From Schmidtea nova (Eukaryota), in the NCBI GenBank assembly GCA_044892505.1, contig CM097882.1, positions 163,680,001-163,744,000 of the forward strand: a DNA stretch of 64,000 nt. The letters are read 5' to 3'. The notes under the pieces are model-generated. The model saw only the letters and a program-made list of their open reading frames with translations. It did not search any database and was not told the DNA's origin. The translations under genes were made by a program, and so were the position numbers. Below are positions 27,483 through 38,937 of this stretch, piece after piece. Numbering within the stretch: position 1 is the stretch's first letter; every line of letters begins with the position of its first letter.

Positions 27483-28806
27483 TTAAAAAAAGATCAAAAG
27501 TGAAACAAAAAGATAATTATGTTAATTTGTATTGTTGAGTTTAAACTTTTTAGGGACTCCTGGGTAAGCAAAAATTAATTGATACATATTTAAATTATCA
27601 TAATTATCTTTTTGTTTCACCTTCAATCTCTTTTTTTAAATCAATAATTTTCATATCATGTGCCTAACAACAAAAAATAATTTTGATCTATAGTTATACA
27701 ATTATTATTATGAAAATTATTGACTTAAAATATTTAAATTAATTGAAGCCACCTTTTTCCACCTAAAAATATTGATTTATTCATTTAAAATTCAATAAAT
27801 TAATTTTTTTTCCAGTCTGGACATTGTTAAAAGAAATAAATATCAATAATAAAAAACATCGTATAATTCAAATAATAATATTTTTAGTTTTGCGATTCTC
27901 CAATCGCTGGATTTAAAATACACCAAAAATTAATAATTCGTATTTCCAAAGAAATTATCCAAAATTATAATACATGCCATCTGCTTGTTTCTTAATTAAC
28001 CTTGAAATTATAATTTATTCCTAGTGAAGGAAATTTGTTGTTTTAGTATTTCAAATTATTCTTTGATACTTCGAATTTTATCCGACTTATCAAATAAGAT
28101 ATAGATTAATAAAATAAAGTCAACAATTAGCGCTTTCGCAAAAAGATTAATATGATATGTTTGAACTCATTAATGGAATAGAAAACATCTGTTGCTAAAA
28201 TATGACAAGTAGCATACGAATGATAATAATCATTGATAAAACAATCATCCTGGAAAAAAATTTTTAAAAAATATTTTATTAAAGGTATTTGTTTTTTTGA
28301 GTAATTTTAAGGTAGTCTTCATTAAAGTTCTATTGAAATTTTAATAAAAAATGTAGTACTATTTGAAATTAATAGTAAAATTAGTAAAGTTAGCAAACCC
28401 TATCTAAAATTTAATAAATTGAATAATTCTTTTTTTAAAGATAAAATATTTATTCATTCATTAAAACTTTTACTACTGATAAATTTTTATGAATGAAAAT
28501 TCCTACACAAATTTCAATGAATTAGTTCAATTCTAAAAAGTCAACTAAAATATTTAAACTCAATCAGGACATTACCCTGCCTGGACCGTCACGAGAGCAG
28601 CCAATTACATGGTAAAACATTCACTACAACGGCAATAGGTTAAATAAAATTAGTATTAACTTTATTGTATTTTGTCACAAATTCCAAAACTTTTCACAAT
28701 TTCTCTAACTACCAGACTTATTCCAATGAAAATGGTAACTATAAATATGTTGAAAGGATTTCTGCACTTTTTAAGTCTTAATATAAAGAACTGAAAAGGT
28801 TATCTT

Positions 28807-28944
28807 TATAAGATTCATAAAAGAAGCACGCTTTTTAATTTAAAAGTTTTTATTTTCTCTAACACATCATATTTAAACAAATCAAATTGTTTAAAATATT
28901 GTTTTTAAAATAATTGTGTTGAATAATTAATTAATGTTCCAACA
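28807..28944 (-). repeat. 3' LTR (138 bp)
   Basis: TGTTGGAAC...GAATCTTATA, preceded on the minus strand by PPT AAGGGGGAGTTG (28945-28956). Confidence 0.95.
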
Positions 28945-28954
28945 CAACTCCCCC

Positions 28955-30010
28955 TTAAGATTGCGGAGCAAATTCATCAGCTCCAATCCATGGCTTAAGA
29001 CGGTCGATGCTAACATTCTTTATTTGGTCTCCAATTTTGATTTTTAACGTTTTATTGTCATCGGATCTTTCTATAACGTCGTATGGTCCAGTGTACGGAT
29101 CTTCTAACGACTTCCTAAATTCAGCTCGAAGCCACACTTTTTTGCAATTAACAAATAGTTTGCTTACAAAACTATGTTGTTTTGGTTGGCTTGTTTTTTT
29201 GTTACTTAGTTGTGAGTCGATTTCCACTTGAATCGATGCTAAATTGTCTTCGATATTGGTTAATATTGGTTCACTAATAACAAAATCTCCGGGTAATCTG
29301 GCTCGACAACCAAATGTGAGTTGCGCTGCCGATGGAGACGCATTAGACTTCGTGCAGTTTCTTAAACTGAGTAGAATCTTGGGGAGATCATGGGCCCACG
29401 TCTTGGATGAGTTTTCTGATGCTGCTCTTATCGAGTTTTTCATGGCTCTGTGCCATCTTTCTATCTTCCCATTGGATTGAGGGTGATATGCTGTTGTTCG
29501 CTTCCTTTCGATTCCCATTACCTTACAGAAATTGGAGAATTTTTCTGATTCAAACTGTGCTCCTTGATCTGTTATAACAATTTCTGGAACACCAAAACGA
29601 CTGATCCACTCTCTTTCAAACGTTCTTACTATCATATCTGTTGTGATATCATATATAGGAATTGCTTCAACCCATGACGTTCCTCGGTCTATCATAGTCA
29701 TGATATATCTTTTGTTGTTGACGCTCGGCAGAGGACCCACTATATCTAGATGAACTGTGATAAACCTTCCTTTGGTTTCTATGGTACCTAACGGAGCATG
29801 TGTGTGTCTTGTTATCTTTGCACCTTGACATCTTTGACATTGTCTACACCACTCTCTGATGTCACTTTTCATCTGTGGCCACACATATCTCGCTTTGATC
29901 AATTCTATCGTTGGTTTGGATGCTGGATGAGATATGTTATGAATTCTTAGAAATTCTTGATATCGGAATATTTTTGGCAGTACTATTCTGGTCTCCCCCG
30001 TAGAGTTGTA
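28955..30010 (-). CDS. int: Gypsy integrase, separated from RT-RH by a 1-nt frameshift near 30011
   Basis: The frame upstream of ORF 29902 reads STGETRIVLP...HNISHPASKPT, then HLDIVGPLP, ITDQGAQFES, HPQSNGKIERWH and GPYDV. One extra T in the TTT run at 30010-30012 would restore a single pol frame. Confidence 0.9.
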   Translation of the reverse strand, partial: YNSTGETRIVLPKIFRYQEFLRIHNISHPASKPTIELIKARYVWPQMKSDIREWCRQCQRCQGAKITRHTHAPLGTIETKGRFITVHLDIVGPLPSVNNKRYIMTMIDRGTSWVEAIPIYDITTDMIVRTFEREWISRFGVPEIVITDQGAQFESEKFSNFCKVMGIERKRTTAYHPQSNGKIERWHRAMKNSIRAASENSSKTWAHDLPKILLSLRNCTKSNASPSAAQLTFGCRARLPGDFVISEPILTNIEDNLASIQVEIDSQLSNKKTSQPKQHSFVSKLFVNCKKVWLRAEFRKSLEDPYTGPYDVIERSDDNKTLKIKIGDQIKNVSIDRLKPWIGADEFAPQS

Positions 30011-31935
30011 AATGGGATGTCATCTATAGTACTACATAACTGGAGACTTGCATTTTTCAGTGTAGATAAGGTCTGATCTTTCCTTTGTTCTTCTTTTAAA
30101 CTTTCTTTAGTGAATTCAACGAAATTAATCTCCACAGTTGATACTTGTAGGTCTTGATTACTGCATTGTCTGGACAAGAGATCGGCAACTACATTGTCTT
30201 CCCCTTTTATGAATTCGATGGTGAAATCAAATTGATCAAGGTATTCGATTATTCGCCATTGTCTTGGCGATGGATCTTTCATATGTCTAGCTCGTAGTAA
30301 AGGTTTGTGGTCCGTCATGACTGTAAAATGAGAACCGTCTAAGAAATGCTTAAAATGTTTTATAGCTAAGAATATTGCCAATAACTCCCTGTCGAAAGTA
30401 GAATACTTCTGTTCGGTTAAATTTAATTTCCTGGAAAAGAAGGCAATAGGAAATGATTTATTTTCTTCGTTGATTTGACTTAGACTTGCTCCAATTGCTT
30501 TAGACGATGCGTCAGTGCATAATAGGAATGGCTTGGATGGGTTAGGGTATGAGACGTTGCTGATTTCGCGTACGGAATTTTTGGCATTCATGAAGGCCTG
30601 TGTATGGCAGTCTTGCCATAAGAGATCTTCCTTTTTATCGGCCGATTTTTGTAACAAGTCATGCAGTGGACTCAGTGTATCTGACAGTCTTGGAATTAGC
30701 CAGTGATAATAGCCGATGCCACCAATAAAACGTCGTAAATCTTGACTATTGGTTGGCTTCTTTAAATTGCTAATTGCTAAGGTGCGTTCCTTCGATGGTT
30801 TGATTCCCTGTTTTGTTAATTCGAAACCCAAAAAATTTACCTTTTCGGTTTGGAATTCGCATTTGCTCTGGTTGACTATGAGACCAGCTGCTTGAAGACT
30901 GGCCATCACACTCGACACGTGTGCTTTATGCTCTGCTTCAGTCTTGGAGAATATCAAAACATCATCAATATAGGACAAGGAATGTTCTTGATGTTCTCGG
31001 AGTACGTTGTCCATGTGTCTCTGAAAAGTTTGAGAGGCGTTTCTAAGTCCAAAAGGCATCTTTGTATATTCGAACAATCCAAACGGTGTTATGACTGCTG
31101 TCTTTGAAATGTCTTCGTCACAAATCGGAATTTGATGATATGCCTTTTCCAGATCTAACTTAGTGAATATATGAGGGTTGTTGATCTTGTTCAGTAAGTC
31201 TTGAATCCTCGGAAGTGGATATCTGTCAGGCTGGGTTATTTCATTTAACATTCTGTAGTCTCCACAAGGCCGCCATGACCCATCCGGCTTCTTAATTACT
31301 ACTAATGGAGATGCCCAGTCACTCTTGCTTGCCCGAATTACACCTTCATTTAAGAGTCTGTCAAATTCTTTCTTTGTTGCAACTAATTTTTCTCCAAAAA
31401 GTGGTCTTTGTCTTTGGGCTACAGGGGAACCGTTGGTGATAATTTGTAGTTTCGTGGTTAATGTAGTTTGATTGTTGATTGTAGCACAAATTTTATCGCA
31501 TAGTCTTTTCCGCGCTTCTGCCCTTTCGTTACTGCTAGGGCAACATATTGATCTGGAATAACAACTAACATCGATTTTGTGACGGGCCAGGAAATCTGCA
31601 CCCAAGATTGGACGAGATATGCCGGCTATGGCAAAAGACCATATAAATTTAGTTCTGAATCCTTCAATAGTAAATTCAATTGTTTTCTGCCCGTGGTATG
31701 TGATTGATGAATTGTTGGCGGATACTAAAGATCGATGTTCTCCATTTCTATCAGGCTTGAAACGGTTTGCGGGAAGGATACTGAGATCAGCGCCTGTATC
31801 TATGAGAAAATTAACTTGTTCTCCATTTATGATTGCTGGTATTTCGAATATTTGTGAGTTGCTTTGTCCCGAGAAAGAGGATATGATTTTGTAGGTTTCA
31901 CTGTTCGGGTTCAATGAAACCTTCTCTCGTTTCCC
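29983..31935 (-). CDS. pol: Gypsy Pol (PR-RT-RNase H), reached by -1 frameshift at G GGA AAC (31935-31929)
   Basis: LIDTGA protease motif, YIDD RT motif, CTDAS...ELLAI...TDHKPL...NVVADLLSR RNase H. The listed ORF start is TTG, and the slippery heptamer is in the correct phase. Confidence 0.93.
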   Translation of the reverse strand, partial: GKREKVSLNPNSETYKIISSFSGQSNSQIFEIPAIINGEQVNFLIDTGADLSILPANRFKPDRNGEHRSLVSANNSSITYHGQKTIEFTIEGFRTKFIWSFAIAGISRPILGADFLARHKIDVSCYSRSICCPSSNERAEARKRLCDKICATINNQTTLTTKLQIITNGSPVAQRQRPLFGEKLVATKKEFDRLLNEGVIRASKSDWASPLVVIKKPDGSWRPCGDYRMLNEITQPDRYPLPRIQDLLNKINNPHIFTKLDLEKAYHQIPICDEDISKTAVITPFGLFEYTKMPFGLRNASQTFQRHMDNVLREHQEHSLSYIDDVLIFSKTEAEHKAHVSSVMASLQAAGLIVNQSKCEFQTEKVNFLGFELTKQGIKPSKERTLAISNLKKPTNSQDLRRFIGGIGYYHWLIPRLSDTLSPLHDLLQKSADKKEDLLWQDCHTQAFMNAKNSVREISNVSYPNPSKPFLLCTDASSKAIGASLSQINEENKSFPIAFFSRKLNLTEQKYSTFDRELLAIFLAIKHFKHFLDGSHFTVMTDHKPLLRARHMKDPSPRQWRIIEYLDQFDFTIEFIKGEDNVVADLLSRQCSNQDLQVSTVEINFVEFTKESLKEEQRKDQTLSTLKNASLQLCSTIDDIPFTTLRGRPE

Positions 31936-32846
31936 TGGTTCTCTCTGTTGTTGTTAAAAGTGTTGTTGTTGTTGAATTTGTTGTTGTTGTTGAATTGGTT
32001 GTTGTTGTTGAATTGGTTGTTGTTGTTGAAATTGTTGTTGTTCATTGAGGATATGTTTGACGGTTCAAGATTTTGATATTTCTCTCTGATGTATTTTTCT
32101 GATCGATAGTTGTCGTTCTGATTTGCATTCCAATCACATGGCGGCTGACATTTCCTCGCCCTATGCCCAAATTTACTATGATAAAAACATAACTTACTGG
32201 TGCTTTTATTCCTCAATTGTTGACGTATTACATTGATTTCTTCCTGTAGTTCCATAATTGTTCTCGTCTTATCTCCTAACTCTTGAGTATTGCAATTTTC
32301 GTGTTCAACTGTCTTTACTGATTGCCGCTTTGATAACATTATTCTGTCTGCTGTGACTGCTAATTTTCGAAGGTCCGTCGTTGGCATCGATAATAGGATG
32401 TCCTGAACAGAGCTTGGTAATAGTCGCATGAACAATTCCCGAGATATAGGACTGTTGAATGGATCCATGGCTGTATCTATTCTTTGTATTTGCCCCGTAA
32501 TGTGCTGAAGTGCTTCTGATGGAGATCGATCTCCAAGGCATTCTTCTCTCATCAATTCTGTTATCGATATTTTTCTTGATAGCTCAAATTCTGCTAGGAT
32601 TGCTTCTTTCAGAGTTGAGTACGGAAGCTCGGTTTCTGAGTCCAATAGATGTTCGTATTTTGATAGCATTGTTGTTGGAAGATTTGAAATTAAATAAAAA
32701 TATTTTGTAGTTTCTTCTGTAATTCTTGATATCTTGAAACTAGCCTCCACTTGTTTGAACCACAGACTCTGGTTCTGAAAAATTGCTGGAATTTTGACCG
32801 AAACATGGTCAACTTGGGAGTTGCTGACACCATTTATAAGATTCAT
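31911..32846 (-). CDS. gag: Gypsy Gag
   Basis: VKIPAIF...LWFKQVEASF...IT...KY; CFYHSKFGHRARKCQPPC knuckle; Asn-rich C-terminal repeats. Confidence 0.92.
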   Translation of the reverse strand: MNLINGVSNSQVDHVSVKIPAIFQNQSLWFKQVEASFKISRITEETTKYFYLISNLPTTMLSKYEHLLDSETELPYSTLKEAILAEFELSRKISITELMREECLGDRSPSEALQHITGQIQRIDTAMDPFNSPISRELFMRLLPSSVQDILLSMPTTDLRKLAVTADRIMLSKRQSVKTVEHENCNTQELGDKTRTIMELQEEINVIRQQLRNKSTSKLCFYHSKFGHRARKCQPPCDWNANQNDNYRSEKYIREKYQNLEPSNISSMNNNNFNNNNQFNNNNQFNNNNKFNNNNTFNNNRENQGNERRFH

Positions 32847-32972
32847 AAAAGAAGCACGCTTTTTAATTTAAAAGTTTTTATTTTCTCTAACACATCATAT
32901 TTAAACAAATCAAATTGTTTAAAATATTGTTTTTAAAATAATTGTGTTGAATAATTAATTAATGTTCCAACA
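32835..32972 (-). repeat. 5' LTR (138 bp)
   Basis: Same sequence as the 3' LTR; followed by AA and PBS TGGTGTCAG (9-nt match to the tRNA-Leu-type PBS). Confidence 0.95.
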
Positions 32973-33502
32973 ATCTTGATGATTTCAATACTCGCCTTTT
33001 TAATTACGTTTCCACATCCTTTATGTAAAAGTAATAACTTCAGAGGATCAGCCTCATGTGTATTAATGCTTTGTATTATTTTGAATAATTAACAGATATT
33101 GTGAAATCGTGTTACATTTTTTCAAGGTATAATTAACTTGACCAATTGATTGAGCAAAGGAAAAAGAAACAGTTTTATGTGGAAAATGAGTTTATTATTA
33201 TAAAAAATATCAAAATAAAAACTGTTTTTATACATAGTGGTTTTTATCAATATATTAGTAAAATTTTATTAGTTTTATATTTTGTAAAATGTTACATATT
33301 TGATACATAAAGTTATGTAAGGTTTAAACTAAAATTATATTTACTTTTAAAATCTATTTAAAAATCTATTTAAAAATAGACAATGAAGTAATAGAAAGTT
33401 CTTTAAATATCTCTTTAAAAATACTCTAAAAATACTTATAAAATATTTATTTTTCTATTTTATTTTAAGCAGGTTTAAAATCAATTTAATTTCAATAGTA
33501 AA

Positions 33503-34029
33503 AAGATGCGTCCCCGTCAGATATTGACCAGCTAGCGTGACGTAACGATACCACTGAACAACTGAATCGCTGCACTCAACTATCCTCGTTGATCGATATG
33601 ATATCGAATGACAATATCTACTGCATAAGATTAGTATATTCTTAAATGGTTTTTAGAATTTATAAATGTTAGATTATGTAATAGAATTTGCTTTCATTTT
33701 ATTTGCATAAGGATCATGAAAAAATAAATCAATATATTAAATTTTTAATTGATCAATCATTCGACTTGTATTAAATAACCCCGAATCGTCTGAATAATTA
33801 TATTAATAATTTTTCAAATTTTTTTACTAATTTAATAGAAAATAATTTAGTAGAAAACAAATAATTTTAATTAAATATCTTTCAATTTAATTCAAATTCA
33901 ATATACTGAATACAATTCCGTAAAATTATTTTTAATATATAAGGTCCAATATGACGCCCTAGGTGTAAGATATCAAACTTCACTTATTACGTCACGCTAG
34001 AGGGTCAATATCTAACGGAGACATATCCT
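33503..34029. mobile_element. Degenerate MITE with ~40-bp imperfect TIRs
   Basis: gtccccgtcagatattgaccagctagcgtgacgtaa versus the reverse complement of ttacgtcacgctagagggtcaatatctaacggagac. Confidence 0.55.
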
Positions 34030-34480
34030 ACTACTTGCAATTGTCTCAGTTAATACTATATCTGCGTATATAAACTTATTATAGCAATTAATATTAATGT
34101 CAATTCTATTATAAATACATCCATGAACAAAATAGTCAATTTCGTTTTACAATTAATTACAATTATTAAAGTAACCACATTCATTAAATAGATTACTCAA
34201 TTCAAGGTCGTTTCCAATTTTATCCATACTTTATTATTCAATCAAATTACTAAATCCAAATGTACATCGAGAATGATCAATGGCCGAAATCTGGATAAAT
34301 TTCGTAGGCTCCCTTCATAACCTTCCTAAAACCTTCTCTATGCTTAGTATTATTTTTTAATAATTAGTGGACATTGCCATAAAATGATATAGCAATCCAC
34401 ATAAATTTTGTATTTTATGAAATATCCCTAAAAAGACATCATCATTCATGATAGTACCCATTTCATATAAATCATAAAAG

Positions 34481-34484
<4 letters not shown>

Positions 34485-34558
<74 letters not shown>

Positions 34559-34560
34559 AT
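34485..34560. repeat. (TA)n(TG)n microsatellite
   Basis: Read directly from the sequence. Confidence 0.95.
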
Positions 34561-35838
34561 GTTTGAATTTTCATAAGTATCTCATGCCAACCTTAAATTA
34601 GGCAGTTTAGTAAAATAATATGAATTATGTAGCCCGCAACACATTATCATTTATATGAATGGCTAAACCTAGGAAAAAGGTAGCATACTACTGGTATAAA
34701 GTAAAAGAGATTAATTTTAAATCATTCTTATTTAAGATTGAGTTGTAAAATAATAAAATGTATGAATGAACTTTAATTTATTTACTATTTTTTAAGAATA
34801 TCAGAATATTCTAAAAAAAAAAATTTTCCAAAAAATTGTCCTGTTAAGACAATAAAACGAGACGTTCTACATGAAATCTGTCCATATTTGTCTAGTTTAA
34901 AAATATACCAATATTCACAATTTGTCGGAAAACCTGAAATATGATGTAACTTTTATTGTTTTCAATAAAATCCTCATTTTAATTCCAATAATTATTAAGG
35001 GGAAATTGTTTTTCATCTTATAGAAAGACATTTACTCTCATAATAATCAAAAGAAATATGTTACATATGTTGCCTCTAAAAGAGATGATATGCATTTGTC
35101 TGAATATAAATTAGATCTAAATACATTTAAATGCGGGTAGATAATATATTTTAAAATTTTCTTGTAAAAATATTTAATAATGCACTCTTTTATCGATCTA
35201 TTTAAAAAAAAAATCAATATTATCACGCTTTATAATTTTTGCTATTTCATTATCATAAAATAAATTCAAATTTATAAAAATAATATTCCATTTTCGATTA
35301 TTATTTGAAATTGCAATGGTAATTGAGATATACAGCAGAAACATTGAAATATCTTAAGTAAAGCAGTCTATTTATTCATGAAATTTTTAAAATTGACCGA
35401 ATTTGATTTAAGGATTTTATTATTATTTGCTTTTGTGAGCATTTTGCTTTTGGTAATAATATTTGGATAAATTTGTTAATTTTAAAATTAATAAATTTTA
35501 AAATAAATTTGTATTTGATCAATTTAACTTCCTGGTTTTGCTGATAATAATTCAATTTTATATTTTTGTTGTTTTACCAGTCTTTATCAATCACCATCAT
35601 TTAAAGTTTAATTAACTATATTTTAAATAGTTTGTCATCAATTTATTTGTATATTTATGATATTATTTCTATCAATAATTATTTGATATCTATGAATTTG
35701 ATTATTCATTATTTTCTAATAATCTGATATCTTCAATGTAATTAATATCACAAAAGGTCGAACAATGACTTTAAGAATACATATTACTAAAAAAATTATT
35801 AAAAACATTAACACCAAATGATCAGAAGTAGTCAGTTT

Positions 35839-36258
35839 GGTAAAGGTAGCGTATGGGAGGGCCAATTTTTAAAATTAAATAATTAATAAAAATTTATTAA
35901 ATAAATTGATATTATATTAAAAATAAGAAATATTTATATTAAACTTTATTATAAATAACCATGCTGTTAAAAGAATTATATGCAATTACAAACGATGCAA
36001 AAGAATGCATAACGTTTTGCGAAAATAATGGCCTTATTAAAGGTCCACCTTTATGTGAAATTTGCGGAAGGAACATGAAATTGGTAGCAGAAAACAATGT
36101 ACTGTATAAATACCTATACGAATAAATACCTATAATACTTGCTTATTTTCTTTATTGCATAATTTAAGACTTATTTTTAATATAATATCAATTTATTTAA
36201 TAAATTTTTATTAATTATTTAATTTTAAAAATTGGCCCTCCCATACGCTACCTTTACC
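35839..36258. mobile_element. Merlin (IS1595-like) non-autonomous element
   Basis: ~88-bp TIRs starting GGTAAAGGTAGCGTATGGGAGGGCC; perfect 8-bp TSD GTCAGTTT; internal CENNGLIKGPPLCEICGRNMKL zinc-ribbon relic. Confidence 0.8.
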
Positions 36259-36693
36259 GTCAGTTTCGTTGAATTTTAACTTTGAACGCTGTTCCCCTTG
36301 AAATGACAGTGATTAAAGCCTAAAATTCATTTGTACCTTTCGAAATTTATTGAAATTTGAAGATAAGATCAATTTTTTAAATAAAGTAAACCAAGATCTG
36401 TTTTTGTGCCATTTTAAAATAGTGCAGTTCGTACAAAAAATATGAAATTATTTGAAGCTTAAACAATTTTACTCACTTAATAGTGATTAATCATTATTTA
36501 AATTTTAAGAAATGTCAAATAGTACAGAAAGAAAACTGAAATATTTTTAGAAACCAAAATTTTAATATTTAACTGCTTAGGAAAAGGCGAAAATCTTACA
36601 GCAGTTAGTAAGTGTTTTAATTTAGGAGAATAAATAATACGAACTATAAAAAAATCAGTGATTTCCGGTACAGCAGTAAGTGATAAAGTTGAC

Positions 36694-36726
36694 ACACTTG
36701 ATAAAGGATGTGCCGAAATATCGTGT
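36694..36726 (+). ncRNA. Minimal type I hammerhead ribozyme, U3-A8 variant (stem II mismatch)
   Basis: ACAC-TTGATAA-A-GGA-TGT-GCC-GAAA-TAT-C-GTGT. Confidence 0.55.
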
Positions 36727-37528
36727 ACTTAACAACCATAAAACCCAAAAACAAAGTTTGATCTATGGTCATATGACAATGAAAATTATTGATACAAAAA
36801 AAAGATCAAATGTGAAACAAAAAGATAATTACGATTAAATTTCATTTTGCGAATTTTAGTCTATTTTAACTTATTTATTAATTTTGGTGCAGTTTCTAAA
36901 TGGTAAGGGACAGATCCTTAATTGTACATTGAAATATGATTTTTGTGCAATTTTTTTAATAAGATTTTTTGAGAAACGTGTCTATTGCAAAAAAATTTAA
37001 AAAAAGATTGGGATGGACACGAATTTTTTAAGTATGTTCAAATAAACACTTGAAAAGGGCTATGCTAAAAATTAGTGTAGTTTATGTAAAAATTTGATCT
37101 AGTCTAAAAAAATTTAAATTTCAGAAATAGAAAAGGAAATATCAAAGGTAGAAATAAAAGATGTTAGTGTGTTAAATAGTATTTTTTCCGCTCTGTGAAA
37201 GTAAGATAATCAATAAAAATATTAATATCATAATTATCTTTTTTCACCTTTGATCTTTTTTTATTATTATTATCAATAATTCTCATAATGATGACTATAG
37301 ATCAAAATTTTTTTTATAAACAATAACACAATATTTCGGCACAGCCTTTATCAAGTAATAAAGGCTGTGCCGAAATATTGTGTTATTGTTTATAAAAAAA
37401 ATTTTGATCTATAGTCATCATTATGAGAATTATTGATAATAATAAAAAAATATTAATATTAATAATAATTATTATTATCAATAATTCTCATAATGACTAT
37501 AGATCAAAATTTTTTTTTATAAACAATA

Positions 37529-37561
37529 ACACAATATTTCGGCACAGCCTTTATCAAGTGT
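37529..37561 (-). ncRNA. Mirror copy of the U3-A8 hammerhead
   Basis: Opposite arm of the perfect palindrome centred at 37570. Confidence 0.65.
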
Positions 37562-37578
37562 GTATTTCTCAGAAATAC

Positions 37579-37611
37579 ACACTTGATAAAGGCTGTGCCG
37601 AAATATTGTGT
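37579..37611 (+). ncRNA. Minimal type I hammerhead ribozyme, U3-A8 variant
   Basis: ACAC-TTGATAA-A-GGC-TGT-GCC-GAAA-TAT-T-GTGT: stem I ACAC/GTGT, stem II GGC/GCC, palindromic ATAT stem III. Confidence 0.65.
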
Positions 37612-37721
37612 TATTGTTTATAAAAAAAAATTTTGATCTATAGTCATTATGAGAATTATTGATAATAATAATAAAAAAAGATCAAAGGTGAAAAAAGATA
37701 ATTATGATATTAATAATAATA

Positions 37722-38937
37722 CACTCATACCTCGCTATACGGCTGCTCTTTATACGGCTTTTCGCTATAACGGCCTACTTTAATTACGGCACTTTTTCGA
37801 TTTACGGCCTAAAATGTTTCGTTATACGGCCAAAAAAAGTGTGAAAAAAGGTGCGAAAAAAACATGAATGTACATATTTTCTTGCGTTGTCGCCACAGTG
37901 TAGGTGCAATAGCCACTTTTAAGGCATATTATTTACGTAGAACATTTCGAAAACTTATAAACGTAACTGATGGTGAATCTTCGATTAAACAATTTTGGAA
38001 AAACTACAACATTAAAGATGCGTTAGACAACATTAGCGAATCGTGGAAGGAATTGAAATCAACCACAATGAACCATGTTTGGAAAAAAATGTGGCCAGAA
38101 TGCATAAAAACTGAAGATCCTGAAGTTGATTCTCTTACTGAAATAAGACAAAGCATATTGAACCTAGCGAATGATCTTGGTTTTGAGGATTTGGAAGAAG
38201 GTGATGTGCTTGATTTGCTAAATGCTGATAGAGAACCCCTTTCACACGAGGAACTGGTCTATATCGAAGAGGACCGATCACTTGATGAGGAGCCAGAGCC
38301 TGATGTATGTAAACAGCTAACCTTAAAGAACTTGTCCAGTGCGCTTTCTCATTTCGAACAAGGAATAAAAATCCTTCTTCAAAGTGATCCAGACGTAGAA
38401 CGCAGCGCTAACGTTTTTCGCGGAATTAACTCAGCGATTAACTGTTATGTAGAACTGCAAAAAGAAGCAAGAACCAAGGCAAGACAAACAACGTTGGATA
38501 AATTTCTTAAAAAATCATCTAAATCTACAACAGCGGAAAATGATGATGACATTATATTGCAGCTTACCGATTCTTCATGTTCGTCTTCAGATTAGAACTC
38601 TGTCTTTAAAAATTTTAATTTATGTATTTTATTATGTATCAATTTATTAATTTCGATTTTATTAATGAATTTGTTTTTGTTTTTTTTTATTTCAGTTTAT
38701 TGTTATATATAATATGTACTTGTTATTTATTTTTATTTTATATGTAAGCATTTTTAAATGAAATAAAAAGAAAAAAATGCATTTTAAACTAAAAACTACG
38801 TTATTTTATAAAAAATTGGAACCAATCCTATTGAATTTATATGGAATTGTATCAAAATATTTGATTCGTTATGCGGCGTTTCGCTTTGCGGCCAACTTTC
38901 CTGGAACGTATCTAGGCCGTAAAGCGAGGTATGAGTG
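37722..38937 (+). mobile_element. pogo/Tigger internal-deletion derivative
   Basis: TIRs CACTCATACCTCGCT(A/T)TACGGC with TA TSDs. ORF 37864-38595 keeps only the transposase C-terminal part (ATFKAYYLRRTF...WK...I...W). Confidence 0.9.

Larger units (their letters stand above)
28807..32972 (-). mobile_element. Ty3/Gypsy LTR retrotransposon, full-length (4166 bp), young
   Basis: Two 138-bp LTRs that appear identical; 5-bp TSD ATCTT (28802-28806 and 32973-32977); PBS, PPT, gag and PR-RT-RH-INT order. Confidence 0.97.
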
